From positions 20,460,001 through 20,524,000 of the forward strand of contig NC_086129.1 of the NCBI RefSeq assembly GCF_963921235.1: 64,000 nt of DNA, written 5' to 3'. Within the stretch, counting starts at the first letter, position 1. Each line of letters starts with the position of its first letter. The stretch comes from Mobula hypostoma (Eukaryota). Of this stretch, positions 1 through 12,411 are shown one piece after another. A model generated the notes under the pieces. The model did no database searches and was not told the origin of the DNA. It was given only the letters and a program-made list of their open reading frames with translations. The position numbers were made by a program, and so were the translations under genes.

Positions 1-1130
1 GATGTTATCACCAATCCGTACAGATTGTGGTCATCCGGTTAGGAAGTCGAGGATTCCAATTGCAGAGGGAGGTACAGAGGCCCAGGTTCTGTAACTTCTC
101 AATCAGCAGTGTGGGAATGATGGCATTAAGTACTGAGCTATATTCGATAAACAGCATCTTACATAGGTGTTTGTATTGTCCTGGTGGTCTAAAGCCAGGT
201 GAAGAGCCATTGAAATTGCATTTGCCATTGACCATTTGTGGTGATAGGCAAATTGCAATAGTTCCAGGTCCTTGATGAGGTAGGAGTTCCGTCTAGTCAT
301 GACCAACCTCTCAAAGCATTTCATCACTGTTGATGTGAGTGCTACTGGGCGATAGTCATTAAGACAGCTCACATTATTCTTCTTAGGCACTGGTATAATT
401 GTTGGTTTTTTGAAGCAAGTGGGAACTTCCACCCTTAGCAGTGAGAGGTTGAAAATATCCTTGAATACTCCCACCAGTTGGTTGGCACAGATTTTCAGAG
501 CCTTACCTGGTACTCCATCAAGACCTTTTGCCTTGTGAGGGTTCACTCTCTTTAAAGACAGCCTAATATCGACCTCTGAAACAGAGATCACAGGGTCATC
601 AGGTGCAGCAGGGATCTTCACAGCTGTAGTTATATTCTCCCTTTCAAAGCGGGCATAGAAGGTGTTGAGTTCATCTTGTAGTGAAGCATTGCTGCCATTC
701 ATGCTATTGGATTTCACTTTGTAGGCAGTGATGTCTTGCAAACCCTGCCAGAGTTGTTGTACATCCGATAAGGCCTCCAACCTTGTTCAAAATTGTCTCT
801 TCGCCCTTGAAATAGCCCTCTGCAAATCATACCCAGTTTTCTGGTACAGGCCTGGGTTGCCAGACTTGAATGCCACAGATCTAGACTTCAGCAGACAACA
901 TACCTCCTGGCTCATCCATGGCTTTTGGTTTGGGAATGTACAGTAAGTCTTTGTAGGCACACACACATCTACACAGGCTTTAATGAAGTCAGTAACAACT
1001 GCAGCATACTCATCCAAGTTCGAAGATGAATCCCTGAATACAGTCCAGTCCACCGATTCAAAGCAGTCCTGTAGGCACTCCTGTGCTTCCCTTGTCCAAA
1101 CCTTCTTGGTCCTCACTACTGGTGCTTCTG
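1..1130 (-). mobile_element. Rex1/Babar-type LINE fragment (linker and N-terminal RT), broken by stops and frameshifts; continues off the left edge
   Basis: ORFs 787-1116, 103-780 and 8-235 give WTREAQECLQDCFESVDW, KAKGLDGVPG, CFKKPTIIPVPKK...LNDYRPVALTSTVMKCFERLV and QFAY, typical of Rex/Babar ORF2. Confidence 0.9.
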
Positions 1131-3283
1131 GCCTATAGGTGCCAATTCTTCAATGTAGTTGTTGTTGTTCCTTTTCATGCACATTGGGCAGCATTTTTGC
1201 CATTTCTGTAGCATTTTGACTGTTTTTTCATGATGCTCAATGCTCAGCACAGCACAGATGGAAGGGGCCGGCCAGATGAGAACTCAACACCACTCACCTC
1301 AAAGCCCGGTGCTGATGCCACTACACCTCTGGATGGCTTCCATGGAGTAGGAGGTGTTTTACGGAATGTGTTGAAGCACACTCAAGGTGCTGAGCTGGTT
1401 GCAGTTGTATAGACGGGAGCATGGGTAACCCTTGGGATGTGGCTGTGAGTACTAGTGTAGAGCAAAGTGTGTGAGTGTTTGATGAATCATGGGGAATGGC
1501 TAGAAGTCCAGAGTACAAAAGATGGTTGCCTCATTGGTACTGTGTGGAGCAGTGTGTGAGAGACTTGTTGATGGGTTTATTCACCTTGACCATGTAGAGC
1601 GTCCTCCAACGTTCTTCCTAACTGTCTTCCTATACTGGGAGTGGTAGTGGTGACCAACAAGTTATTTATTGTTCTGATCTATATTGCTTTAGAATGGTTC
1701 CTGGTGGCATCCCTGTCCGCTGGATAGGGAGTAACTCACCCAGCTTCTTTATTTACACTATTCAGGGTCAAAAGTGAAATCAGGGAACTCACTCACATCC
1801 CTGCTTACCCTTGACTTGTTTCCAATCTCTAAATTCTAGTAAAAACCACTAGCAATAAATGGTCGCCATTAATTCCAGGCCACTTCAGCTGATGGCACTG
1901 GCTCTGGATGTGGTTCTATATAATTATGGGCTAATGTTCTGAAAGGGCGGTGGTCACTAGCTGCCATAGTTCCACAGTGATAACTGAAAACAACTTAGGA
2001 AAACAGCTTGGAGTTTCCTGATTTCTAAACCTACTACAATCTGCCTTTGAGGATGTGAAATATTCCTGTTGCTTGAAAATCCATCCCTATTCTGGCTGAA
2101 AAGCTTCAGGGACGCAACTTGTCAGGCTTGTGGATGATCTGTTGCAGAGTGTGATGACTCTCTCTGCAAACATATAGCTCCTGCCAGCCCGCTTCTTTGC
2201 CTGTTCTCTATGTATTCATGCCTTCAATCCAGGCTTCCTTATCCACCTCAAATAAATTTATAACTTGACAGAAACTAATTAGTTTAACATCCTCAATGAT
2301 TTCCCCTCCAATGAACATAATCTAACCAACAGCAAATCTTCAGGCATTAGCACCCAAACACCGGGTATCATTTTCAATCCCCTCCAGGACCTGCCACTCA
2401 TAGGGACTGGAAATTAATGCAACACTAAAAAATAGGTCCAAAGCCTTTTTGAAAGAATAGCATGTAAACTGCCTCAGCACTGCAAACTAAAACCAAACAA
2501 CCTTTTAAATTGTTTGTGAAAATGTTGTGGGGGCTTGTTCAGCAACACTTCAGTGTGAGAGAAATGGAATGTTTTAATGCTGTGATCTTAAGTAAAGATG
2601 ACAAATGCATCCCCAAAGCCTACAAGCTCAAACTGTGCTAACCTGAAGGCTCTCTATTTGAATGCACACAACATTCAAACAAAATAAATGAATTAATGGC
2701 AAACATAAAACTGAATGAAAGTGATCTTATAGCTATAACGAATGGGGCAAAGACAGTGGAAAGAAGGAACATAGTCTGGAAGATCACAAAGTTGAATTGC
2801 TTTCAGATTTGGATTCAGATTCAGATTCATTTGTTTATCACACGCGTTTTTGTCAATAACCAACACAGCCCAACGAGGTGCTCACAAGTGTCATCAAACA
2901 CACGCACGCATTCCTCCAAACCCGCGACAGGCCATCCTGAGCCTCCAGCATCCAATGCACTCAGGGCCTCGCGAGTCCATTGGGCCTTCGACTCGCAGAC
3001 ATGCTGACCCAGGGCTTTGGCCTTCAGGCCTCAACACCAAGCTTCAGGCTTCAGTCTTCGGTATTGATCCAGGGCTCATCAATGACGATGAATGAGGACT
3101 CAGAGACCACAGATGAGCATCATCTTGATCAGAATTTGTGGATATTTGCTTATTATCATGCTTTCCAGTGAAAATAGGAAACAGCAAGGGCCAGAAACAT
3201 CAGTGTGTGATTGTAGGGTTGTAATAAAGTACATAGCATAAATCACGAAATAAGAGGTCATTTTACTACAGTAACACAGTAAT

Positions 3284-3690
3284 CATAAGAACATAAGAAA
3301 TAGGAGCAGGAGTCGGCCATCTGGCCCATCAAGTCTGCTCCACCATTCAAGAAGATCACGGCTGATCTGGCCATGGACTCATCTCCACCTACCTGCCTTT
3401 TCCCCATAACCCTTAATTCCTCTACTATGCAAAAATCTATCCAACCTTGTCTTAAATATATCTACTGAGATAGCCTCCACTGCTTCATTGGGTAGAGAAT
3501 TCCACCGATTTGCCACTCTCTGGGAGAAGCAGTTCCTCCTCATCTCCATCCTAACTCTACTCCCCAGAATCTTGGGGCTATGTCCCCTAGTTCTGGTCCA
3601 CCTCCCACTGGAAATGACTTTTCTGCCTCTATCTTATCTATTCCTTTCACAATTTTATATGTTTCTATAAGATCCCCTCTCATTCTTCTA
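3284..3690 (-). mobile_element. CR1 LINE 3' end, 5'-truncated
   Basis: (TTCTTATG)n tail seen as cataagaacataagaa; similar to the CR1 3' end at 17039-17447. Confidence 0.85.
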
Positions 3691-3699
3691 AGGTCATGG

Positions 3700-5480
3700 G
3701 GGACCTTAATCTATACACACACTGAGAAAATCAGGAGTTGGTGCGGATGACAAATTAATGAAACAGATTTTCAAAATCACAGGATCTAGTGACCTAGACC
3801 TTGACGTTCTGAATAAGGTGGCGATGGAGACAGGGGTTGCATTCATTGTCACCTTCCAGAATTCCAGACACTCAAGAACATTTCCCAGATCTTAGAAAGC
3901 TGTAATTAAAGTTGCACGATAAGGGGGAGAGTGAAACCAAAGAGCTATAGGCAAATTAGCCTGAAATCTGCTGAAGGAAAACACAAGAATCAGTTATTAA
4001 TAAAGTGCTAACAAGGCACTTAGAAAACATTAATAGAATGGGGCAGAGTGAACAGAAAGTTATGAAAGAGAAATCACTTTGAACATCTTTGTTAAAGATT
4101 TTTCAGCTTGTACGTAGCTAAATAGATATGGGTGAATGAATAGATAAAACTTCAGCGAACCTTTAATACTAACAAAATTACGCCACAGGAGATCAGAATA
4201 CTCCAGAGAAACAAAGACTGGTGAAAGGACATAGAAAATAGACTGTTGGATTAAACGCTACATTTTGGAGTTCAGAGGTAGGGTGCTGCAAAGATCTATC
4301 TAGGGCCTCAGCTGCTCACAATGTTTATCAATGATTAGTTAAAGAGGCCAAGTGTGATATCTCCAAGTTTGTTGATGGTGCAAGCCCAGATGGCAGTCAG
4401 TGAAGGAAGCAGGAGATATAAGTGAATTTCAGCAAACAGGAAAATATATGGTAAATATAATACATTGTGGTGAAAAGAAGCCCATCCACATTGTAGAGAA
4501 CATAGAAAGGTCAAGTATTATTTAAATAGTTTAAAGGCTGAACACTTTTCAGTGAGATCTAAGTGTCATTATATACAAGCAACACACATATAAAATGCTG
4601 GTGAACACAGCAGGCCAGGCAGCATCTCTAGGAAGAGGTACAGTTGACATTGCGGGCTGAGACCTTTCGTCAGGACTAACTGAACAAAGAGATAGTAACT
4701 ATCTCTTCTATCTCTTCCTCTTGCTATCTCTTCTTTCAGTTAGTCCTGACAAAGGGTCTTGGCCCGAAACGTCGACCGTACCTGTTCCTATAGATGCTGC
4801 CTGGCCTGCTGTGTTCACCAGCATTTTTTGTGTGTGTCGCTTGAATTTCCAACATCTGCAGATTTCCTCGTGTTTGTGTCATTGTACACAAATCACTTGA
4901 AATTAACATTCAGAGACAGCAAGCAATTAGGAAAACAAATGATATGTTGTTCTTCTCTGAAGAAGGATTTGTATGCAATTGTAAAGTATTTTGCTGCAAT
5001 TACATTGAGCCCTGGTGAGAATATGCCATTCAGGTCTACCTGAGGGTGGATGTACTTGCCCAAGAGAGCAAGCAACAAAGGCTCATCAGTTTGATTCCTT
5101 GAAGAAGAAGATTGTCCATGAGAAGAGACTAAACTATGTCCAAGAGGTTGGAAAATTGGGTACTATTCTCATTGAACTACAAATTCTGAAGAAGCTTGAC
5201 AGGGTAGATGTGAACTCAATTCTTCTCCTGGCTGGGAGGCTTAGAACTAGAGGTTAGATTTTGAAGGCAGGACATTAACTTCAGAATAGAAATTGGTGGA
5301 TCTATGGAATATTTTACCTAAAACGGCAGTGGAGAGTCAGTACTGAGAACATTTAAGAAAGGAACAGGTAGGTTTTTCAATATTCTGCGAATAAAATGTA
5401 ATGGGTTTAACGCAGGCAAGTGGTGCTGAAGGATAAGAATGGCCATGAGTGGAATGGCCTTCTAATTCAAATTTTTTATA
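3700..5480 (+). mobile_element. Old degraded CR1 LINE (RT region), interrupted by a PLE insertion
   Basis: Remnants such as atctccaagtttgttgatgg and LKKLDRVDV...GRLRTRG (ORF 5015-5257); CR1-like 3' end near 5440-5480. Confidence 0.65.
4579..4875. mobile_element. PLE terminus as an inverted pseudo-LTR pair (hairpin with arms of about 120 bp) containing hammerhead remnants
   Basis: 4579-4700 is the reverse complement of about 4725-4845; flanked by imperfect 16-bp TSD gtgtcatt(a/g)ta(t/c)acaa at 4563-4578 and 4876-4891; matches the terminus of the PLE at 37617. Confidence 0.85.
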
Positions 5481-6459
5481 TTTTTATATTTTATATGGCA
5501 CTCCACTCAAGCGTGATCAAGTAAAATTTTACACAGCACAAGAGAGATGAGAGAGCAGGACAACCAAGCTTAACCACAGAGGCAGGTTAAGGGAATAAAC
5601 ATGTTAATACACGACTTTTGAAAGGATAAATACACTAAAACATCTCTTAACCAAAAGGACTGAATTATACTCTTGAGTTTAATGGCTAAGTGGAACAAAC
5701 TAAATATTTGGGTAGAATGCAGACACACTATGAAGCGTTGGTCAGAAAAACCGAAGCATATCAAAGAAAAGCCAGTGGAATTGGCAGTGAAGGTGTTCAT
5801 TAGAAGGATTGAAAGGGAATATAAAATAGAGCTAACCCAGAAAAACATTATCCGTTAAATCTTCAGTGATGTGAGTAAAATAACTTGCAGAAATGTATTA
5901 TAAGGGAAGGAGATTGTATTTGATGTCAAAATGTAGGTTAAAAGGGAAATGTCAAGTCCTACCTAATCAGACGCGTTTGAAACCATTGGATTTTTATGAC
6001 AATCCAACAGTTTTCATGACCACTAACCTTGGTGCCCGCTCACGTGAGAGTAGATTTATTAAATCATGCAATCTCTTACTGTGAACTCACAACAACTGAA
6101 ACTGCTAGTTTCTTCTTGTAACCACGGTGGGAAAACTTAGCTGTAGAGGATAAGCAATCCTCTATAACATCAATAAAAAAGAACTCCTTCACCTCAGTAA
6201 GAGTGCAATCAGATGAGAACTGTAAAAGATGCAAATGACTTCAGGATGAGCATACATTTAATAAATATTCATAATAATTATTTCCTCCAACTGTTCACAT
6301 GGAATGGAATGAAGTCATGAACCCAAGCAGGCCTACATACCAAATAAAATCAATGAGGTGATAACAAACATAATAAATGTTTTGGACAGAGTAAATGGAC
6401 TCATATAAAATGTTTTTTTTCCAAAAATAAATGGTGAGATGGTACAGTATATGTTTGTC

Positions 6460-6640
6460 TTGTGTGTGTGTGTGTGTATGTGAGAGAGAGAGAGTGTGCA
6501 TACACATTTAAGTGTCTCCATGAATGGTGTTTGTAGTGTGTATGTGTATCAATACTGAGCATGAATCTGGGTATGTGTGTGTGTGTGTGTGAGTGTGTGA
6601 GTGTGTGCATGTCTGTGTGTGCAAGTGAGTGTAAGCAGTG
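6460..6640. repeat. (TG)n/(GA)n microsatellite cluster
   Basis: Directly visible dinucleotide runs. Confidence 0.9.
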
Positions 6641-7066
6641 ATTGGGTGGTGGGAGAACCACCCACAAGGACGAACAAGAACATCAGGAGATGCTGACTAG
6701 TGAGGCAGTGATGCTCGTGCAAGGTATCCTCACCCACACAGGACTTTGGTAATGCTGAACTCGGAGATTTTCTGTCCAATTGGAATTCATTTCAATTAAT
6801 CCTGGTTCACACACTAAATGCCAGTTTTTCAGATGTTACAGACAATTAAAAGAAGAATTCCAGCAAACTGACTAAGTTGAAAGAGAATGTAGGAACTGAG
6901 GAGTGGTGAGTGGAAAGGGAACACATTCTCAAGCATTTTCCGTGAGTTAGATGCAGAACCTTTGAGATTTCTGAATCATTAGATGGCAGATTATCAGGGT
7001 TTTAGGTTCAGGATATGCTAACGTGATTCTATATACAAATAGCGAGACAAACAGCAGTCTCATTGG

Positions 7067-7164
7067 AACACACACAAAATGCTGGAGGAACAACAGGCCA
7101 GGCAGCATCTTTGGAAAAAAGCACACTGGACATTTCGGGTGAGGAAACTTTGGCAGGACTGTGC
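7067..7164 (-). mobile_element. PLE-terminus mini-insertion of about 98 bp with a degenerate hammerhead
   Basis: Similar to the PLE 3' end; TSD ctcattgg at 7059-7066 and 7165-7172. Confidence 0.7.
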
Positions 7165-7513
7165 CTCATTGGTTTTGCTTTGGTTTCATGGTTCCATCAG
7201 CAAGTGCCCCATATCTCCAAGAATTCACAACATGATTGCCTGCTGCTTCAGCTTTTCTGTGAAATCCTGGAGTTGCAGTCAACTAGTCCTGCTTGCAGAC
7301 TGTGAAATTTAAATTCTGGCCTTCTAGCCTTAAGCATCCAATGTGAAAGTGCAAAGTTAAGTCTATTTACACTTACAGTGGGAACCACACAAGCAAACCG
7401 TGCCAGGTTGGACTCACACAGGGACAGCTGCTGCATTCATTTTGATGGAGAGGAACTGCTAGGGTGGACTAAAGATTAAAGGTACAAAGGTACAATTTAG
7501 TGTCAGAGAAATG

Positions 7514-8676
7514 TCAGAATCAGAATCGGGTTTATTATCACCGGCATGTGATGTGAAATTTGTTAACTTAGCAGCAGCAGTTCAATGCAATGCATAATCT
7601 AACAGAGAGGAAAAAAAATAAATAAAATAATAATATTAAATAAACAAGTAATTTGATTGCATATATTGAATAGATTAAAAAATGTGCAAAAACAGAAATA
7701 CTGTATATTTTAAAAAGCGAGGTAGTGTCCAAAGATTGAATGTTCATTCAGGAATCGGATGGCAGAGGGGAAGAAGCTGTTCCTGAATCACTGAGTGTGT
7801 GCCTTCAGGCTTCTGTACCTCCTATCTGATGGTAACAGTGAGAAAGGAGCATACCCTGGGTGCTGGAGGTCCTTAATAAAGGACGCTGCCTTTCTGAGAC
7901 ACTGCTTCCTAAAGATGTCCTGGGTACTTTGTAGGCTAGTGCCCAAGATGGAGCTGACTAGATTTACAGCCTTCTGCAGCTTCTTTCGGTCTTGTGCAGT
8001 AGCCCCTCCGTACCAGACAGTGATGCAGCCTGTCAGAATGCTCTCTACAGTACAACTACAGAAGTTTTTGAGTGTATTTGTTGACATGCCAAATCTCTTC
8101 AAACTCCTAATAAAGTATAGCCGCTGACCTGCCTTCTTTATAACCTCCTCAGAGATCTTGACACCCAGGAACTTGAAACTGCTCACTCTCTCCACTTCTG
8201 ATCCCTCTCTGAGGATTGGTATGTGTTCTTTCATCTTACCCTTCCTGAAGTCCACAATCAGCTCTTTCATCTTACTGAAATTGAGTGCCAGGTTGTTGCT
8301 GTGGCACCATTCCACTAGTTGGCATATTTCATTCCTGTACGCCCTCACGTCACCACCTGAGATTCTACCAACAATGGTTGTATTGTCAGCAAATTTATAG
8401 ATGGTATTTGAGCTGTGCCTAGCCACACAGTCATGTGTATATAGAGAGTAGAGCAGTGGGCTAACCACACACTCCTGAGGTGCACCAGTGTTGATCGTCA
8501 GCGAGGAGGAGATGTTATCACCAATCTGCACAGATTGTGGTCTTAGGAAGTCGAGGATCCAATTGCAGAGGGAGGTACAGAGGCTTAGGTTCTGCAACTT
8601 CTCAATCAGGATTGTGGGAATGATGGTATTAAATGCTGAGTTATAGTCAATGAACAGCATCCTGACATAGGTGTAT
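7514..8676 (-). mobile_element. Rex1/Babar LINE 3' half (RT C-terminal part)
   Basis: ORF 7788-8753: [43 protein letters not shown]; (ATTCTG)n tail at about 7514-7526. Confidence 0.92.
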
Positions 8677-9445
8677 ACAATATACATCCTGAAATGCTTT
8701 TTCTTTGCAACCATCCACGAAAACAGAGGAGTGCCCCAAAGAATAAACAACATTTAAATGTTAAAACTCCAAATTCCCTCCCAGCTCCCCTCTCCCGCAC
8801 GTAAGTGGCAGTGAGCAACAATTCCTCCTCCACCCACCAGAAAAAAAAGCATTGGCACTGCCACAGAGCACTCAAGCGTGAGCAAAGCAACAGCAAACAC
8901 ATAGACTCGCAGTTACCCCAAAGACTTCATATTTCACTCGTTATTTGACATAGCACAGGTTCTCTCTCTCTCCCTAATAAGGGAGGAAGGGGTGTCTCCA
9001 TTTTCCCAGTGAGTGGGGAGATATAACAAACAACTCGCTGGTTTACAATGTTAAAAGTCCGCTATGTCACATTTTTAGAGCTTTGTGCTCAAAACACTGG
9101 GCGCACAGTCACAGATATCCCGACTCCCACGACGACACACGGGTCTCCTGTCATGGCACCGAGTCTCAACCTGCCCGTCTCCAGACTTCCCGAGATCCCA
9201 GGCTTCCAAATCCGGGCTGGATTCTGAGGCCGAGCCTTTGGCGTGCTGAGCAACAATGGCTGGTTGTGAAACCCTGATAGCGGGTTCCATTCCAGCAAAG
9301 AACCGTAGTCAGCATGTAACTCCAGGTCAGGGTCTTCAAAAGAACCCTGAAAGAGAAAAATAGAAATACTAAAGATGGAAATAGAGCTGTTTTCGAAGAT
9401 GCAAGCAAAGGAGTCGTCGTTAGGTGCCATTAACCTAAGCTCCGC
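8677..9445 (-). mobile_element. Non-coding interspersed repeat (non-autonomous LINE-derived element) that hosts the Rex insertion; its 3' tail is at about 7475-7513
   Basis: Short-repeat tail (aaaggtac)2 to the left of the Rex copy and a CpG-rich 5' region; no credible protein. Confidence 0.45.
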
Positions 9446-9957
9446 TTTCTTTAGCTGCCTCAGTTTACAAGATAATTTGAAGTACTGAACAATTTTGTCT
9501 TATTTGAAAAAATTTGATTGTGGCTGAGCTGAAGGAGGGATGGACACCAGTTTCTAAAATCACAGCTACAGGGTTCATCCGGAATCATCAGCCAGTGTTG
9601 TCATTTACGTTTTGTCAGGATTTGTGTTTTATGTTTTGGGGTGCTTGATGTTGGAAGTGTTTACTGCCTGTTCCTTGAGAAGGTGCTGTTGAGTCACTAG
9701 AGCTGAGCAGCTTGCTCAGTTTCATCAGGAGACAAATCCATCGGTAGGTATGAGTCATACGTTGGCCAAGCAAACTAGGAATGGCACATTTCCTCCCCTG
9801 AATTGGACCAAGTGGGTTTTAAACAACAAGTCAAGAGTGCATGGCATCATGATTACGAAGTCTGTTGTTGTAATTGAACAACCTCCACAGCTACCACGGT
9901 GAGGTTTGAACACAGGCTTTTTGTCATGTAAGTCCAGGCCTCCAGGTTCCTTGACAC

Positions 9958-9959
9958 AA

Positions 9960-9993
<34 letters not shown>
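9958..9993. repeat. (CA)n microsatellite at the end of a PLE
   Basis: Directly visible run. Confidence 0.9.
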
Positions 9994-9995
<2 letters not shown>

Positions 9996-11780
9996 GGAAT
10001 TCAGCAGGTCAGGAAGCACCTATGGAAATGAATAAACAGCTCACATTTTGGGCCAAGACCCTTTATCACGACTAGAAAAGAAGGGGGAGGACACCAGGAT
10101 TAGCATGTGGGGGGAGAGGAAGGAGAAACAAGCTAGAATGTGATAGGTGAAGCCAGGAAGCCAGGTGGGTGTGAAAGGTAAAGGGCTGGAGAAGAAAGAA
10201 TCTGATAGCAGACAAGAGTAGACACTGGGAGAAAGGGAAGAAGTGGGGGCGGGGGGGGTGGGTGTGGAACCAGAGGGAGGTGAAAGGTAAGTAAGGAGAA
10301 GAGATAAGAGTCTAGAATGGGGACTAGAAGAAAAGGGAAGGGGAAGGAGAAAAGAAAAAAAGAAAAATTATTCACGTCATCAGGTTAGAGGCTACTTTGA
10401 CAGAATATGAGGGGTTGCTCCTCCACCCTGAGGGTGGCCTCATTGTAACAAAAGTGGCCATGGACGGACATGTCGGAAAACAAACGGGGATAGGAATTAA
10501 AATGTTTGGTCACCAGGAAATTCTGTTTTCAGCAGATGGAGCAGAGGTGCTCGACAAAGTGGTCTTCCAATTTATGTCTGGTTCTACCAAAGCAGAGAAG
10601 GCTGCATCAGGAGCATTGGAAGGACTATTTGGGCCCTGAACGGAGGTGAGGGAGGAGGTGAATGGACAGGCGTAGCACTTCTGCCAGGAAGGAGATTAAT
10701 GAGGAGGGACAAATGGACAAGGAAATCACAGAGGGGGCATCCCTATGGAAAGCGGAGCAGGCTGAGGAACTAATGATGTGTTTGGTGGTAAGATATTGCT
10801 GAAGATGGTGGAAGTTGCAGAGAGTGATGCCTTGGAAGCAGAGGCTCATGAGGTGGTAGGTGAGGACAAGAGGAACTCTATCACTGTTAAGGCAGTGAGA
10901 AGATGGGCTGTACGAGGATGTCTAGGAAATAAGGAGATGCGGATGAGGGCAGCATCAGTGGCGGAGGAAGGGAAAGCCTATTCTTTGAAGAAGGAAGACA
11001 TCTTTGATGTTCTGGAAAGCAAAGTCTCATCCTGGGAACAGATGCAGCAGAGCCAAAGAAACTGAAAAAAGGGAATAGCATATTTGTAGGAGACAAGGTG
11101 GGAAGAGGTATAGTCAAGATAGCCGTGGGAACCGGTAGATTTATAAAAAAATGCTGGTCAACAGTTTGTCTCCAGAGATGGAGACAGAGAGATTGAGAAA
11201 GGGGAGAAGGTGTCAGAAATGGACAAAAAGTGAATTTAAGGGTAGGACGGAAGTTCAAGGCAAAGTTGATGAAATTCACGAGCTCAGCATAAGCACATGA
11301 AGCAGCACCAATGCAGTCATCAATGTCGCACAGAAAGAGTTGGGAGAATTACCATGGAAGGCCGGGGACATGGACTGTTCCACACAGCCAACAAAAAGGC
11401 AGGCATCGCTAGAGCTGATGCGGGTGCCCATGGGAGTGAGAAGAGCTGAAGAAGAAATTGTTGAGGGTCAGGACCAGTTCTGCCAGATGGAGGAGGGTGG
11501 CGGTGGAGGGGAACTGGTTGGGTATTTTGTTAAGAAAGAAGCAGAGGACTTTAATGGCTTCTTGATGGGGGATAGAAGTATATAGGGAATGGACATCCAT
11601 GGTGAAAATAAGGCGGTCAGAGGGGGAATTGAAAGTTTGAGAAGCATTACAGATGTAGGTGGGAAGGGACTAAACGAAGGGTGATAGAATGGAGTCAAGG
11701 TATGTGGACACGAGTTCAGTGGGACAAGAGCAAGCAGAGAAACTGGGCTCACCCAGACAGTCAGGTTTGTGGCTCTTGCA
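9994..11780 (-). mobile_element. Degraded PLE (terminus, GIY-YIG remnant, RT), 3' part
   Basis: MDVHSLYTSIPHQE...LAELVLTLNNF (11409-11600) and NFINFALNFRPTLKFT; colinear with the PLE at 37617-40374. Confidence 0.88.
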
Positions 11781-11782
11781 TA

Positions 11783-12411
11783 TGTAAGACTCGCTTTGCC
11801 TAGTGGCATGACCTCGGGGGTGGCACCCCCTACCCGGCCAAACTTTAGCACTCTCGTTTGGGTGGATGCTGCGTGTTGTGTCCCCTGTGTAACATCAGTA
11901 CCCGGAAATAACATTCAGTCTACAACGTGCGGTTAAGCGATTAAGATTTTATATTTAAGTATGGGGTTAGTAGAGAAACAAAAGAAAGGGAAAACAAATA
12001 AAAGGCACCAGTAATCTCATAAACACGTCCAGTGCACAAATGTTGGAGCTCATGGATTCCCTTTTGCTGATCCTCCTTCGCTCATCATTGACCCCTGGGC
12101 TCCCGCCCCGTTCCTAGGCCCAGCGGGTCCGGCAACCGTCTCCTCAAGCCACGTCTTCTCTCTTCATCCTCCTCGCGCCTTCTCCTCCAAGCCCACGCAA
12201 ACTAACAGCTTTCACACAGACAGAAAGAGTAACATCTATCCCAATTGGTTAGCAAATGAATATAGGTCCCGTTATCATTAATTATAACCCAAACACACTG
12301 CTACAGAAAACATTACCTCATCAGTTAACATTAAAGAGAAGCCATTTCATTATACACTACAGAGAAGCCATTTCATTATTAGCAAGTAACATGAAAGAAG
12401 AAACCCTTTCA
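11783..12411 (-). mobile_element. Solo LTR-like element (TG...CA)
   Basis: Starts tgtaag and ends tttca; internal direct repeat agagaagccatttcattat; interrupts the PLE; no matching TSD. Confidence 0.55.
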
